From Octopus vulgaris (Eukaryota), in contig OX597819.1 of NCBI GenBank assembly GCA_951406725.2, forward strand, positions 77,438,001-77,502,000: a stretch of DNA of 64,000 bases, read 5' to 3'. The notes beneath the pieces are model-generated. The model made no database searches. It was not told the origin of the DNA and saw only the letters and a program-made list of their open reading frames with translations. Shown here one piece after another: positions 27,307-40,829 of this stretch. Position 1 is the first letter of the stretch, and every line of letters begins with the position of its first letter. A program made the translations under genes and the position numbers.

Positions 27307-27906
27307 AACAAGAGCACTCAGAGAGCGCAAACCTCTGTCAAGGCAACACCAACGTCCTCTCAACGATTAGCCAGAGGTGATTTTTATAATGAGAATATCT
27401 GAAATTCTCAACTGCTCTCACAAACGAGAATACTAAAAATGAACCCAACCATTCACAAAAGTTAAGTAAAAGAACAGGAAAAATAATACAGAATCCTTAT
27501 CCGGCATTGGATTGATCCTAAAATCTGGTCAGTTCGTGCCAGTCATAAGGCCAAACATGTCTGAAAGTTTCATCCGAATCTATCGAGCGGTTCTTGAGAT
27601 ATCTTATCCAGGGACAAACAAATGAACAAACGCGACTGAAAAACAATACCTATTTCTTTATTACCCACAAGGGGCTAAACACAGAGGGGACAAACAAGGA
27701 GAGACATAGGTATTAAGACGATTACATCGACCCCAGTGCGTAAATGGTACTTAATTTACCGACCCCGAAAGGATGAAAGGCAAAGTCGATCTCAGCGGAA
27801 TTTGAACTCAGAACGTAACGGCAGACGAAATACCGCTAAGCATTTCGCCCGGCGTGCTAACGTTTCTGCCAGCTCGCCGCCTCCGCCCTAGCGAAGGCGG
27901 AGGTAA
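27307..27906 (+). mobile_element. Helentron-associated / DINE-1-like non-autonomous element, interrupted by a SINE
   Basis: aacaagagc start, aaagtttcatccgaatc core, (ACAA)n-like tract, terminal hairpin acctccgcc..ggcggaggtaa. Confidence 0.65.
27650..27881 (-). mobile_element. SINE family B, full length
   Basis: Nearly identical to 16466-16699. Confidence 0.9.
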
Positions 27907-27924
27907 CAATATACTACAAAAACA

Positions 27925-28085
27925 TTGGTTGTGTGGTTTAGAAGCCTATTTCCTAACCATTTGGTCTTGGGTTCAGTCCTATTTTGACGGCACTCTGGGC
28001 AAGTACCTTCTTACTTTAGTGCCGACTAAATACTTGCGAACCGATGGATTTCTTAGGTTGAAACTGAAGTTAAAGTCCGTCGCAC

Positions 28086-28147
<62 letters not shown>

Positions 28148-28535
28148 GTGCGTGCGTGTCTGTGTCAGTGTGTGTCTGTATGTACGTGTGTACGTGTGTG
28201 TATGCGCGAGCGCATGTCTGTGTGCGCGTGTATATATATATATACATACACACACACACACACGCATATGCATGTATCTATTTGTATGTATGTATGTATG
28301 TATGTATGTATGTATGTATGTATGTATGTATGCAACTATGTGTATGCGTCTTTGTGCTTGTCCTGTATTTATCCGCCACCACAACTTAGTGGTTCGTCAA
28401 AAAAGGCCGAAAGACACATTTAAAAAAAAAAAGTAACTACTGGGATTGATTAATTAATACAACTAAAAATTCTTCAAGGCCGTACAGCATGGTCGCAGTC
28501 TAATGACTGAAACAAGTAAATGGTAAACGATAAAA
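27925..28535 (+). mobile_element. Diverged SINE family A with expanded internal microsatellite
   Basis: Head tggttgtgtgg..gggttcagtcct, internal (TG)n/(TATG)n, tail catggtcgcagtctaatgactgaaacaagtaaa. Confidence 0.75.
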
Positions 28536-28762
28536 AATATACAAAGAACAATTCGATGAATATTAACTCGAGTATAGGGGATACAAGTGGTGCAAGCGCA
28601 CCCACTAAAATTTGTGGTGGGGAGGGGGCAATAAAAACGATTTGAACATCACCCGAAATCTTCATCACCAAAACGAACGAGCGTAGAAATATTATTTGGA
28701 CTGATTTAAAACATCAGTTTTCCATTTTTGTATTTATCTGACTATACTAATGTACAAGTATA

Positions 28763-29041
28763 TTGAAATGGTGCATGATTATTGCGGCTTTTTTTTTTCA
28801 ACAAATTTTATTCAACAAAAACAATAACAACATGTAACAAATACATCTTTAAATGATTATTCCGAAGCATATTCACCTTCTACTTCAATTTTTTTTATTT
28901 ATGCGCCCTTTTCAAGACTAGCCATTTGCTTGGCAGATGGTCAGAACGTCATTTAAAGATGTTTTTGTTAAATATTGTTATTGTTTTTTTTGAATAAAAT
29001 TTGTTGAAAGAAAAAGCCGCAAGAATTATGCACCAACCCAA
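28763..29041. mobile_element. Mariner-type MITE
   Basis: TIRs of roughly 60 bp: tggtgcatgattattgcggctttt..caacaaattttattcaa / ttgaataaaatttgttg..aaaagccgcaagaattatgcacca; TA flanks. Confidence 0.82.
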
Positions 29042-29290
29042 TAATATACACATAATAATGGTTTCAAATTTTGGCACCAAATCAACAGTTTCGAGTGGGG
29101 TGGGTAAGTCGATTACATTGACCCCAGTGCGTAACTGATACTTATTTTAACGACTCCGAAATTATGAAAGGCAAAGTCGACCTCGGCGGAATTTAAAATG
29201 CCTCTAAGCATTTTGCTCGCTACCTTGTGTACAGATATAAAAATGGTTTCAAATTTTGGCATACGGCCAGTAATTATTATTATCATTATT

Positions 29291-29331
<41 letters not shown>

Positions 29332-29451
29332 TATTATTATTATTATTATTGTTATTATTATTATTATTATCCCTTCGGGGTTGTGTACTGGGATCGATCT
29401 AATTGACTTGCCTCCCCCAAAATTGCGGGTCTTGTTCCTAGAGTAGAAAAG

Positions 29452-29536
<85 letters not shown>

Positions 29537-29739
29537 TTTGATATTAAGATTTAAAAACTCGACCTTGTTTGTAAGAAATTTTGGACCTGGGTTTGCATTT
29601 CCTTCCCGTACTCATGCACTCTACTTGCATTGATTTCGTTCTTAAATCAGGGATTTATACGATTATTGATATCTGTTGTATAGTTGTATGTGTGTGTATC
29701 TATGCGTGTTCGATAGTTTGTGTGTGCTTGTGTGTGTGC

Positions 29740-29826
<87 letters not shown>

Positions 29827-30177
29827 AAATAAAGGCTAGGAGAGGAAGGAAGTAATAGGGAACACTTAATGGTAAGAAGTGAAATGCGGGAGAGAAAAAA
29901 GTGAGAAGAAAATGAGCAAGACAGAGTGAGTGAGTGAGTGAGTGAGTAAGAGAGAGAGTGAGAGTGAATGAGTGAGAATGTGCATGTGTGTAAAAGATAG
30001 AGAAGTAAAAAGAAAGGCACAGAGAGAGAGAGAATCTATGTTGAAGTGTGCGTATGCTTATGGAAGAGAGATAAAAAGAAGAGAAGAAAGAGAAAGAAAA
30101 ACAGGGAGCAAGAAGATAATGAAAGGGGGATGGAAACAAGAAGAGGGACGGTTAGGCAGGAAGACAGATAGATAGAT

Positions 30178-30243
<66 letters not shown>

Positions 30244-30285
30244 CGGATGGATGGATGGATGGATGGATGGATGGATGGATGGATG

Positions 30286-30317
<32 letters not shown>

Positions 30318-30502
30318 TATAGATAGATAGATAGATAGATAGATAGAAAGACTTGGTGAAGGATAAAAGGAAAAAGAAAGTCAGAGAGAAAGATATAGAT
30401 ATAAAGACATAAAGAGACAGTGAAATGGCAGGGATTTCAATAAACACAGAGAGAGCGAGAGGAGCAAAAAGAGATTGAAACAGAGAGAGTGAGAGAGCAT
30501 GG

Positions 30503-30542
<40 letters not shown>

Positions 30543-33334
30543 AGGAGGAGGAGGGAGACATAGAGACTCGCATACACAGAGTAAGAGAGAACGAAAGCGA
30601 GTAAGAGATAGAGAGGGAAAGTGAGTGACTCGCAGAGAGAAGCTGCCTGCCTGGTTGGCTGGTTGGCTGGCTGGCTGATTTTTGATTCTCGTGCTCACTA
30701 GCTGGCTGGCTGAATGGATGGATGGATGGATGGATGGATGGATGGATGGATGGATGGATGGATGGATGGATGGATGGATGGTTGGCTGGCTGTTGTTTGA
30801 GATGAGGTCGAAATGTATCATTATGTCACCCGAAATGCCATCGTCCGAAATGCTTAATCTCGGTCTTTTCATACAATTTGTCAACAGCTATAGTAGAGCA
30901 CGTTCTTATCTGCCGATTCCATCTTATTCCTATACATATTAAATGGCTAATTAGAAGAGGAGAACGAGGAAGAAGAAAGAGAAGAAGAAGAAGAAGAAGA
31001 AGAAGAAGAAGAAGAAGAAGAAGAAGAAGAAGAAGAAGAAGAAGAAGAAGAAGAAGAAGAAGACAGGAAGGAAAGGAAGAAAGAGAAAGCGTTAAGCATG
31101 AAAGAGCTAGGGGATAGCGAAGTCCTCGAAAGAGGATATCGGCTTGAAGAATGGGTGGTGGTGAGAGGGTGGTTTGTGTGTGTGTGTGTAAGAAGCAATA
31201 CTGGAAAGGAAAGGAAAGGGGGGTGGGGGGAGGGAAGAACCTTGTCGGTGACGATTTTCGTCGTATGACAAGCCGGCCGACCAAAGCAAAAAAAAAAAGG
31301 AACAAGGAAAACCAAGGAATGAGCGTATTGAAAGAATGGCCGAATTATCAAACGAAATAACGAACGGTGGAGAGCAAGAGGAAAGAAGAAAAAGGGGGGG
31401 GGGGAGAAAATGGTTTGAAAAAAAGAAATCAAACAAGGAAATAAACTAAATAACTATTAGTTATATTTTTGTTGTTGTTGTTGCTGTTGGCGGCGGCGAC
31501 GGCGGCGGTAGTAGTGGTGATGGTGGTGGTGGTGGTGGTGGTGGTGGTGGTGGCGATGGTGCATTTTATATTGTTTCTGTTGCAGTTTCATGTTCTCGTC
31601 TTTGTTTCAACTGTTTGTAGTAATTGTAATACAAGTTGTTGATTTTACAATTGTTTTACAATTGTTGTTGTTGCTGTTGTTGTTGTTGTTGTCGTCGCTG
31701 CTGCTGCTGCTGCTGTTGTTGTTGCTGCTGCTACTGCTGCTGTTGTTGTTGTTGTTGTTGTCGCCGTCTCCAGTATTCCCAACGTCGCCAACGACATCGC
31801 CGTCGGCTTTATAGGACCTTAATGTTATTTGTGATTCCTTCGTGAATGTCGCCATCGCCGTCGACGTCGCCATCACCGTCGCCTTCGCCATCCACATCGT
31901 CGTCGCTTACACCACCACCACGCCACTTCACATCACATCACATCACATGATAGTTGCACTACACCATTCTACACCAACACCGCGCCGCACACGATATCAC
32001 ATGATGGCACGCCAACACCACCACCACCACCACCACCACCATTATTACCACTACCACCACCACCACCATTATTACCACTACCACCACCACGACCACCATC
32101 ATACTGTTCAATACGACACCTCACCATACCATACCATAACACACCACACTGCAACACGCTACACGGCCACACCACGACACGTACCGCCGTTTTCCAGCAG
32201 ATAACCTGACAGCAGAACCTCTGCCTACCAACCCATACCCCATTACCACGCCGCATAACATCATAAACACCACACCACTTCTTACACGGCCACACCCTAC
32301 CGCCAGAACTCACATAACTCTACGCCACACCGCACCATATCGTACCGTGGAACCACACCCTATTAATGCACATGACTCTGACCAGAGAAGGACCTTTGCG
32401 TGGAGTTTTGACATGCAAGAAATATTAACTAAATCTTCCTCAAATTACACGCTACCGACTTGAAAAATAGACGGACGCATTGCATAATGAGGTCCTAAAT
32501 ACATTGTGTCTGAGTAAATGACACCATGGTCAAGGATCGAATGCCTTTGATCATAGGTGCGCTAAGTCAGGGTTGGGGTCAAGCCCGCCCTGACTGGAAC
32601 ACACTTATGGTCAAAAGCATTCAGTCGAACAACAAGAGTAGCCCCAAGTGATACTAGCCAATGAGGAGAGGTGGGATGCTCAATGTGGTCGCTCATCTTG
32701 CTAGAAAGGGCAATCAAATCTCCTTCAAATCACACCTTTTGGCATTTATATATCTCCTGAGACCATGGAGACCATTGCCTAGAATTTTTTTCCCTTAAGG
32801 CGCAAGCTTAAGCGGCACTTTTTAATTTATGTTTTATGGGGCTGGTACAGAAGTTGATCATGCAACAAATCTACCCCTGTCCATACTACTACTACTGTAC
32901 AAAAGAAAGGCAAGAGACAATAGAGGTTGGTACAATTGTCGAGGGAATTCCCGCCCAGATCATCTTACATTTTATGGACCATCTCTACAATGTGTCTTCT
33001 ATTGTAAATGCAGCAATAATTGACAGAACTGTAAAAACGTTGCACAAAAAAAAAAGTATTTTTTATGGTTCTTTATCTTCTGAGTTCAAATACTACCTAA
33101 GTGAAATTTGCCTTTCTTCCTTTCAGGGAGAAGGGAAAAGTACTAGTCCGAGGCAATCGAGGGACAGAATTCCCATAGAAGTATTGCAGTAATTGTGCCG
33201 GTTCCTTATATTAATCTTAAATCAGAACGCTCTTCTGGGACATTTTTCTTCAGTCAATGTCGTTGTATTCCCTGGAGCTTTATAACTTCGCATGAAACCA
33301 GCTTCTTCTCCACAGGAGGACTTCAAATAATTAT

Positions 33335-33511
33335 AAATTGCACCTATCATCATAGGTGCATTAGGTTATGTACCAACAAATTAGTGCAAAAACCTAGAAA
33401 TACACGGTTTCACAAAGAAAGAGCAAAAGAAATTGACGCGGATTCTCTAAATCCAATCTATTAGTAGCACAATGAAGATTTGTAAGACATTCCAGAATTT
33501 CTCCATCTGAG
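33335..33511 (+). mobile_element. C-terminal relic of a REL-endonuclease non-LTR retrotransposon
   Basis: APIIIGALGYVPTN..LEIHGF..LTRIL..MKICKTF motif. Confidence 0.55.
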
Positions 33512-34075
33512 ATTCTTATGTGAATAGAAACACACACTTGGGTATATGCATCGACAGTTCAATCAACATACAAATTCAACCACATGTTTACAAACACCGA
33601 GAACTCTCTTGACTCAAAAAGTTTTGTCGCCTTCTTAGCGACTGACTTTAACTGTCTCAAGAACTTAAATAGGAACCAAAGAAAAATCATACATGCATAC
33701 ATACATATATTGATCGTTTCTACGTCTAGTCAAGTGAGATGGATATGCTTCGCTGAAGAGATCCAATAAGATCGAAACATGTTCCCTGTTCCCACCATTT
33801 AGCTTTAAAGACCAGATTCACCACAGTCTATATCGTCCGAATTTTTCGACCGGTTGATCGTATAAGAATTATTTCGCGTGCTTTTTATTTTTAACGTTTA
33901 AACACATCAAGAGGGAAAGTCAGTGTATTACTTGTTTTGATACTCTCAGTTGATGGTGGGTGCCTTCTTTTCTTTTTTTTTCCAATATATAAATATGTGA
34001 GGCTCTAAAGAAATGGGGAATGTTCTACAACCGTGAACGCACTGTCGAGTCTCTATCGAAGACTTTCTCTTCATA

Positions 34076-34290
34076 TATTCTTTTCTAATCTAGGCACAAG
34101 GCCTGAAATTTTGGGGGAGGAGGCCTGTCGATAAAATCGACCCCTGTACGCAACTGATGCTTAATTTATAAACCCCGAAAGGATGAAAGGCAAAGTCAAC
34201 CTCGGTGGAATTTGAACTCAGAACGTAACGGCAGACGAAATACGGCTACGCATTTCGCCCGGCGTGCTAATGTTTCTGCCAGCTCGCCGC
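34076..34290 (-). mobile_element. SINE family B
   Basis: Reverse complement of 47281-47496. Confidence 0.9.
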
Positions 34291-34812
34291 ATATTTGTCA
34301 TCATATATTATGTCAAAAATAAATTATTCCTGTGATTAACAACGGCCGGAAATTTCAGGATGAAGGTGAGATTAAAATAATATCTCGACCTATTATAGAA
34401 ATGACGACTTCTGGATGTTTTACAGACCTGAGCTGCCTCTTCAATTGAGTATTACGGCACTAATCCGGTTATAAGATTACTCAGTGGTTTTATTAACTGT
34501 ATATTCCTAAATTCAAGTTGAAGCAAAACAACACTTCTGTTGTTGAATGTAATAAAGTTCGTGTGTAAGAAATATTCGCTCATCTTGTGAACTCCATATA
34601 GAAAACCTCAGAACAGACTTAGAAACGACACCATTAAATCGTAGATCCCAGTGACTCTATACATTAGTGATTCTCAAGCATTTTCACTTTACTTCATCGC
34701 TTCTTCGACTGAGCACATCATCTCTTCCGTATTCTAAACTATAAGTACTGTTCAGACGTACGAGTCACACAACATTGGATAAGATGATAACACTATATCT
34801 TTTTAATAGATA

Positions 34813-35026
34813 CGAGAGGCGGGGTAAAAACTTCCTGGATTTGGGTAAAAGAAAATACAAGTGGATGAGTTATGATTATATTTAACATTTTCCCCTCTCA
34901 GATTCATACACTTATTGCAGCGGTCCTTCAGTTTCTCTAAATCCTATAAAAGAACTCGGAAGTTTGGATTTCCAACTAGGCCTTTCGAAACACCCTTAAA
35001 GCCAGGAACTTTTCAGCATTCCCTCG
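34813..35026 (-). mobile_element. Mariner-derived MITE (same family as 13956-14178, opposite orientation)
   Basis: TA-cgag..aaaacttcctgg and aaagccaggaacttttcagcattccctcg-TA; shared interior acacttattgcagcggtccttcagtttctctaaa. Confidence 0.88.
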
Positions 35027-36220
35027 TACAAGTAAACTAAACACTCTCTTATCCCTGTCTTTCAATTATAACAATCCACTGTTACAGTTCTCACCTGTAC
35101 TAATAATATTTACCATACAACCCTAATTCAGAGTTGCAACTTAATAGAACAGTTTTCAAATATCAGTGTTACTGCTGTTTACTATCCTAAATCGTGATAA
35201 CTATCTACCGTTAGGTGAACTAAATGTTACATTTATGAATTTGTGTTGCGAGATTCCTAATATGAAACCGTGTGTTGAAACAGATATTGTTATATTTCGG
35301 GACAGTCATTTTTTTTCCGCATAAACCCACGTACTATATACTTGTTCTTCATTCGTTTATTGCTGTTCTTATTTTAACCCATGTAAATCTTTCATCACAC
35401 GTCTGTGACTTCTTCAGCGACACTTTCCGTCTTCGTATGCTCCTTTTCCGCTGAGTCCATATTCAAAGATGTGTGACGAAAGATTTCCGGACAACGGACA
35501 TGAGTTAAAAAAAAGAACAGTAATAAAAGAGTGAAGAATGAACTAAATGTATTTGATAAATAACTGTATATTAGCCATGGACCCAATGCGGTTTCGTTAG
35601 GTAGAACAGAACCACCAAACTTGCGTTTACTCGTTTTGTATCTAATCGAGTTTATCAACTAAGACTCATTTTCCCACAACACTAAAATTACGAAAACAAT
35701 AACAATACTAGAAATAGTAATATAATAAAAACAGCAACAACAACCACAACAACAAAAATTACGAATACCGTGAAGGCAACAACAAGAATAATAAAGATGG
35801 CTTCGATTGTGACAACGACGACAACAACTTGAATAATTACAGCGATGACGACGAAGGCGACAGCAACAATAACAAGAACAGTAACAACAGTAATAGCCAG
35901 AAATTCATTGGTTTGCTGACATAACTGATTGATGGATCTAGAATTTCGCTGCATTCATCTCATCAAGAGGAATCATCTGCTGGAAATATCTCATTTGCAT
36001 AAATTGACAAGGAACAGATATCAATATAACTAGTAAAAGTTATTCAAGTGGAAAATTGAAAATAAAACAGCAACTATATTTGTCTGTTTATGAGCATGTA
36101 TGAGTGTGTGCGTATGTGTGTGCGTGTGTGTGTGTACGTGTGTGAGTATATGCGTGCATGTGTTTGCATGTCGTATGAGTGTGTCGTGTGTGCATGTGAG
36201 TGTGTGTATGTGTGTGTGTA

Positions 36221-36262
<42 letters not shown>

Positions 36263-36528
36263 AGTCTGTGTGTGTGTGTGTGGAGTTTTGTTATCGACTC
36301 TGATCGAACAATATGGACGATAGTCCATTAAAAATAAAATAAAATAAAATAAAATAAAATAAACTGGTTATTTCTGTATTATTTGTTCCCTGTGTCATCT
36401 GTTGGGTGTTCTTTGTCAGATCTTTCCATTGTTTTGACACTTGAGATGAAGAGATTGTGTGCAGATCTCATGGAAATGTATTCTGTTGCGTGTGTGTTTG
36501 TGTGTCTATATATGTGTGTGTGCATATA

Positions 36529-36586
<58 letters not shown>

Positions 36587-37506
36587 TGTGTATATGTGTG
36601 TGTGTTTGATTTTTCTGTTTTCTTAATTATGTAAAGGATTTGTTGAATGTTATTTGTAGCAAATAAGTACATCAGTTCTGAATATTTAGTTATGTATTTA
36701 TTAGTTCTTTGCTTAACTAAGCAGAATATAAAAATAAAACATAGCTGATATAGGGAAGTTACTCGTTTTTGAGAAAAAATATTCTATACTTCTCCCTGGG
36801 GTGACTTTAATGGGCATCTATACGCTTGAGAAATGCAGCAGGCTGAGTGGGGAGGGTTCCAATATCCTAAGAGATCTTCCCTCTACAGCATGCATGCCCA
36901 CATTCAATTTTTAGTCAATTTGGGCGACAGAATTGATTCCCTTGTCTTTCTTGTTAAGAATTATCAGTAACACTAATAATTTGTGCTTGTTTTTTAATAT
37001 GTGGAATTTTAATTGAGTATTAAGAGTTACGTGAAGACTAGCATACTAATGTTAGTTTTCACTAGCATTAGAAGTTATACGGAGATTAACGTTAAGTATG
37101 GTTGTCTCTACATAACTATGAAGAGAACACTTTACTCTTTAGTTTCCTTGACCAAAACCGTTATTAATTTTTATTGGGTTTCTAAACAGTCGAGCCCACC
37201 TAACTGTAAATAAAATTGTTAGCAGCAGCTAACTACTGCAGTCACTGAAATATACGCGAGTGTCTCGTAATCTTGTTACTGTAATTTCAAATTTTCCTAT
37301 CAAGACATAAAAGTTCACATCATTGACGAGACCAAGGAAGGTCGAAATCACGTGATCTAGTGATCTTGGTGCTGGAGATGACGGGGATTTATCTCCCCGC
37401 TAGCGATGTAACTAAGAGTGCATGTTTCGTCAAAAGCCAGTGTAGTATGCAGTGTGGTTTGTTCTGACAGAACATCCATGTTTAAGTGGAGATAAATATC
37501 GGTTTG

Positions 37507-37712
37507 GCTTCAAATTTTGGTACAAGGTCAGCAATTTCGGGGAGAGGAAAAGTCGATCATATCGACCACAGTGCTAAACTGGTACTTATTTCATCGATTC
37601 TGAATGGATGAAAGGCAGACCTCGGCGGAATTTGAACTCAGAACATAAAGACAAATGAAACACCGCTAAGCATTTTGCCCGGCGTGCTAATGATTCTGCC
37701 AGCTCACCGCAT
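37507..37712 (-). mobile_element. SINE family B
   Basis: Reverse complement of 48424-48640. Confidence 0.85.
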
Positions 37713-39946
37713 TAAGTGGGGATAGATACTACATCTAGGTATTAATACTCTGCCGCAAATATATATTTTTCATAAAAGTAGAATGTAACTGAAAACTACT
37801 AAACGTATAGCGTTCTTCTCCTTCAGACTCTGTACCTGAAAGATCGCTTATTGTTGTTTTTATGCAGTACTGCGTTAACTTCCTGTCAAAGACACGTTTC
37901 ACACTTGAGCTCAGAGTCACTATACAGAAAGAGATATCACGAGCAGGCGCAGTGCATCACCGTAAGCAGTTAATGACATAATATGAATTGAGTATTTCGG
38001 TAGACCCTTAAAAAGGAAATAAATACCATCAATTGTATTATCATCCTAGATGTCGATAATAACGTAGATACAATTGACTACTATAACACAGAATTAATTA
38101 TTATTTAACTCTAATTATTGATTATTCACTTGAGCTAGTGTCCGTCATGCCCCTTCTCGACATCTTCAAAAATAATTTCTAGCGAAAATCCAGGTTTTCT
38201 ATAAGTTTCGTACGACAATAGATTTATACATGGAAATTTCCTCCCCAATGTCCAGGTTAAGACGAGATTTTATTATGGAAGATCAAAAGTCTTTCCTTTT
38301 TACGCCATCGATGTTTCCCAAGGTAAAGGTCGATACAGTTTAAAACCAGATTTGTCATAGGCGTTGCAGTACGTCACGAAGTAAAGTGCTGAAACATACT
38401 GCATACTACCCTGCTCTAGCATTTCCGTCAATTCAATGCCTGTGACTGGTGCTTTATTTATCGATCCAGAAAAGATGGAAAATAAAGTTGGCCTCGATGG
38501 GATTTGAATTCAGAGAGCCAGAATAAAACATTCTATCCGATGCTCTAGCAACTCTACCACTGTGCTGTCTTAACGTGATATTCTTAAGCAGCAAAATGGC
38601 TGAGTTTTCTTATCTTACGACATTTGATCAAAGAAAACTTGGGAATTATGAGAGAGAAACAAAACGTTGAAGTAAGCCAATTATAAATAATTAAGTGAGG
38701 GACTAATATAATTAACGCCGTGAGCTAACGGTATTTAATTAGTTAGAGTTAAACCCGTAATAAAAAAAAGAAAAATTATAAGCATTAATGATAATTCCTG
38801 TTAAGAGATGCAAGGGAGACTCTCCAAAATCTAAATTAAATAACCCTTTGTCTGTTCAATGCATTTTCATAAGTTCATTCTAAATGTCCATGCCCGTTGT
38901 CAGACTTTCAGTTTGCCCTTGTTTCATACGCTCTGCGTAATATAAAGCTTTCTTTCATAAGATCCAAGTTATTCTGATGGTTGAAAAAAAATGAGGAATG
39001 TACATTATATATGATGCGGGGACGCTGAGGAAATATGTCATGTGTATCACACGTGATGCACAGGAAGGGCAAAGGTTTGATTTGGTGGCCAAAATTATAA
39101 TATTTAGTTTCGATCTTTTATATCTGAAGTTAAAATCCTACCAGGAGTTTACTTTGTTTTTCATTCATTGAGAATCCTCAAAGCAAGTCATGCATGCTAA
39201 TAAACTAGTGGGGGCCAACAGAAAATTTAGGGATGATTAATGTCCAGTTTTATATTGAATTACTTGCTGTAAACGATATAATTAAAGGGATTAAAATGAA
39301 TAAAGAATACAATCTCCTTTTTAACATTTAATAAAAATGATGAAAATATTCTCATCGGGATGTTTGCTACATGTAAACATAATAGTGAATTGTACAAGAG
39401 CATACATGATGAATTAAATATGATGAATGCAATGATGAGTACATGTGGTCTTTACTGCTGTTATCGTTGTAGAGGATGATGATGATGATGATGACCACGA
39501 CAACGAGGAGGATAAGGAGGAGGGAGAGAAGAAAGTAGAGGAGTAGGTGGAGGGGGTAGAGTAGGAGGTGGTGCAAGAGGTGCAGGAAGAGGAGGGGTGG
39601 ATGGGGAGGAGGTGGAGGTGGAGGAGGAGTAGGAGGAGGGGGTAGTAGAGGAGGAGGAGGAGGGGGTAGTAGAGGAGGAGGAGAAGGGGAGGAAGATTAG
39701 CTCAGGTTTGCTCTGACTTAAATGCGTATTAATAGAAGCTTTTCACCGGTGACCGACGAATCCAATTTTTCCAGGCAATGTATGTATGTATGTATGTATG
39801 TATGTATGTGCTTGTGTATATATGGAGCACTCCGTCGGTTACGACGACGAGGGTCCCAGCTGATACGATCAACGGAACAGCTTGCTCGTGAAATTAACGC
39901 GCAAGTGACCGAGCAATCCACAGGCACGTATACCCCTATACACACA

Positions 39947-40829
39947 CGAGGTTTCATCAATAAATACCAGGACTGTTGGCATAGTAACAAAGCTAAAGCA
40001 CGCAGAGTGAAGCCGCCTGGCAAAGATTGACCTTGAACTCTGCTGTGCATGTGCAATAAGTTTTAACGTTCTAGCTTACTTCTGCTGTTTACAGTAGTGT
40101 TTGGAAGAAACGTGTGTAGTGTATGATCGTCGCATTGACCATGACAGAAAAAGTTGTCATGGTGATACCTGCTCAGAGGCCTACGCAAAGTTGCAGAAAG
40201 TGTATGGAGAGGATTGTATGAGCCGCACACGAGTGGTTCAGACGTTTCCAAGATGGCTGAACAAATGTCGATATTGACGAACGTTCTGGGAGACCGCAAA
40301 CAGTAGAATTGAGAAAAACATCGATGTGCGTGTAGCTGTAAGGGTAAATCGTCGAATCACCATCCGTGAGTTATCAGAGAATGTGCAGATTAGTTACGGT
40401 TCAGTTCAGTCCATTATTACTGAAGATTTGGGTATGAGACGCGTGTCTGCCAAATTTGTGCCGAAACTTTTTTCAGCTGACCAAAAAGACGCTCGGATTT
40501 CAGTTGCACAAGATCTCCTTGGTTGTGACGAGAACAATGAAAACATTTTGAAAATTTTGCGTAGGCCTCTGGGCAGGTATCTCCAAGCGTTTGGCAAAAT
40601 TTGATGCAGATTCTCTGCTCAACTTTTTCTGTCATGGAGAATGCGACAATCATACGCTACACACGTTCCTTCCAAGCACTGCTGTAAACAGCGAAAGTGA
40701 GCTAGAACATTAACACTTAGGGCACATGCATAGCAGAGTTTAAGGTCAATCTGTGCCGAGTGGCTTTACTCTGCATGCTTTAGTTTCGTCACTATGGCAA
40801 CAGTCCGGATACTTATTGATTAGACCACG
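39947..40829 (+). mobile_element. Rearranged mariner with two 5' ends
   Basis: Left part encodes mariner N-terminus (ERSGRP..NRRITIRELSE..LGMRRVSAKFVPK); 40555-40829 is an inverted copy of the 5' end (MTEKVEQRICIKFC). Confidence 0.88.

Noticed and set aside
32900-33000. Minus-strand MIWAGI resembling a Tc1/IS630 motif
   Set aside because: A single short motif without supporting DDE context.
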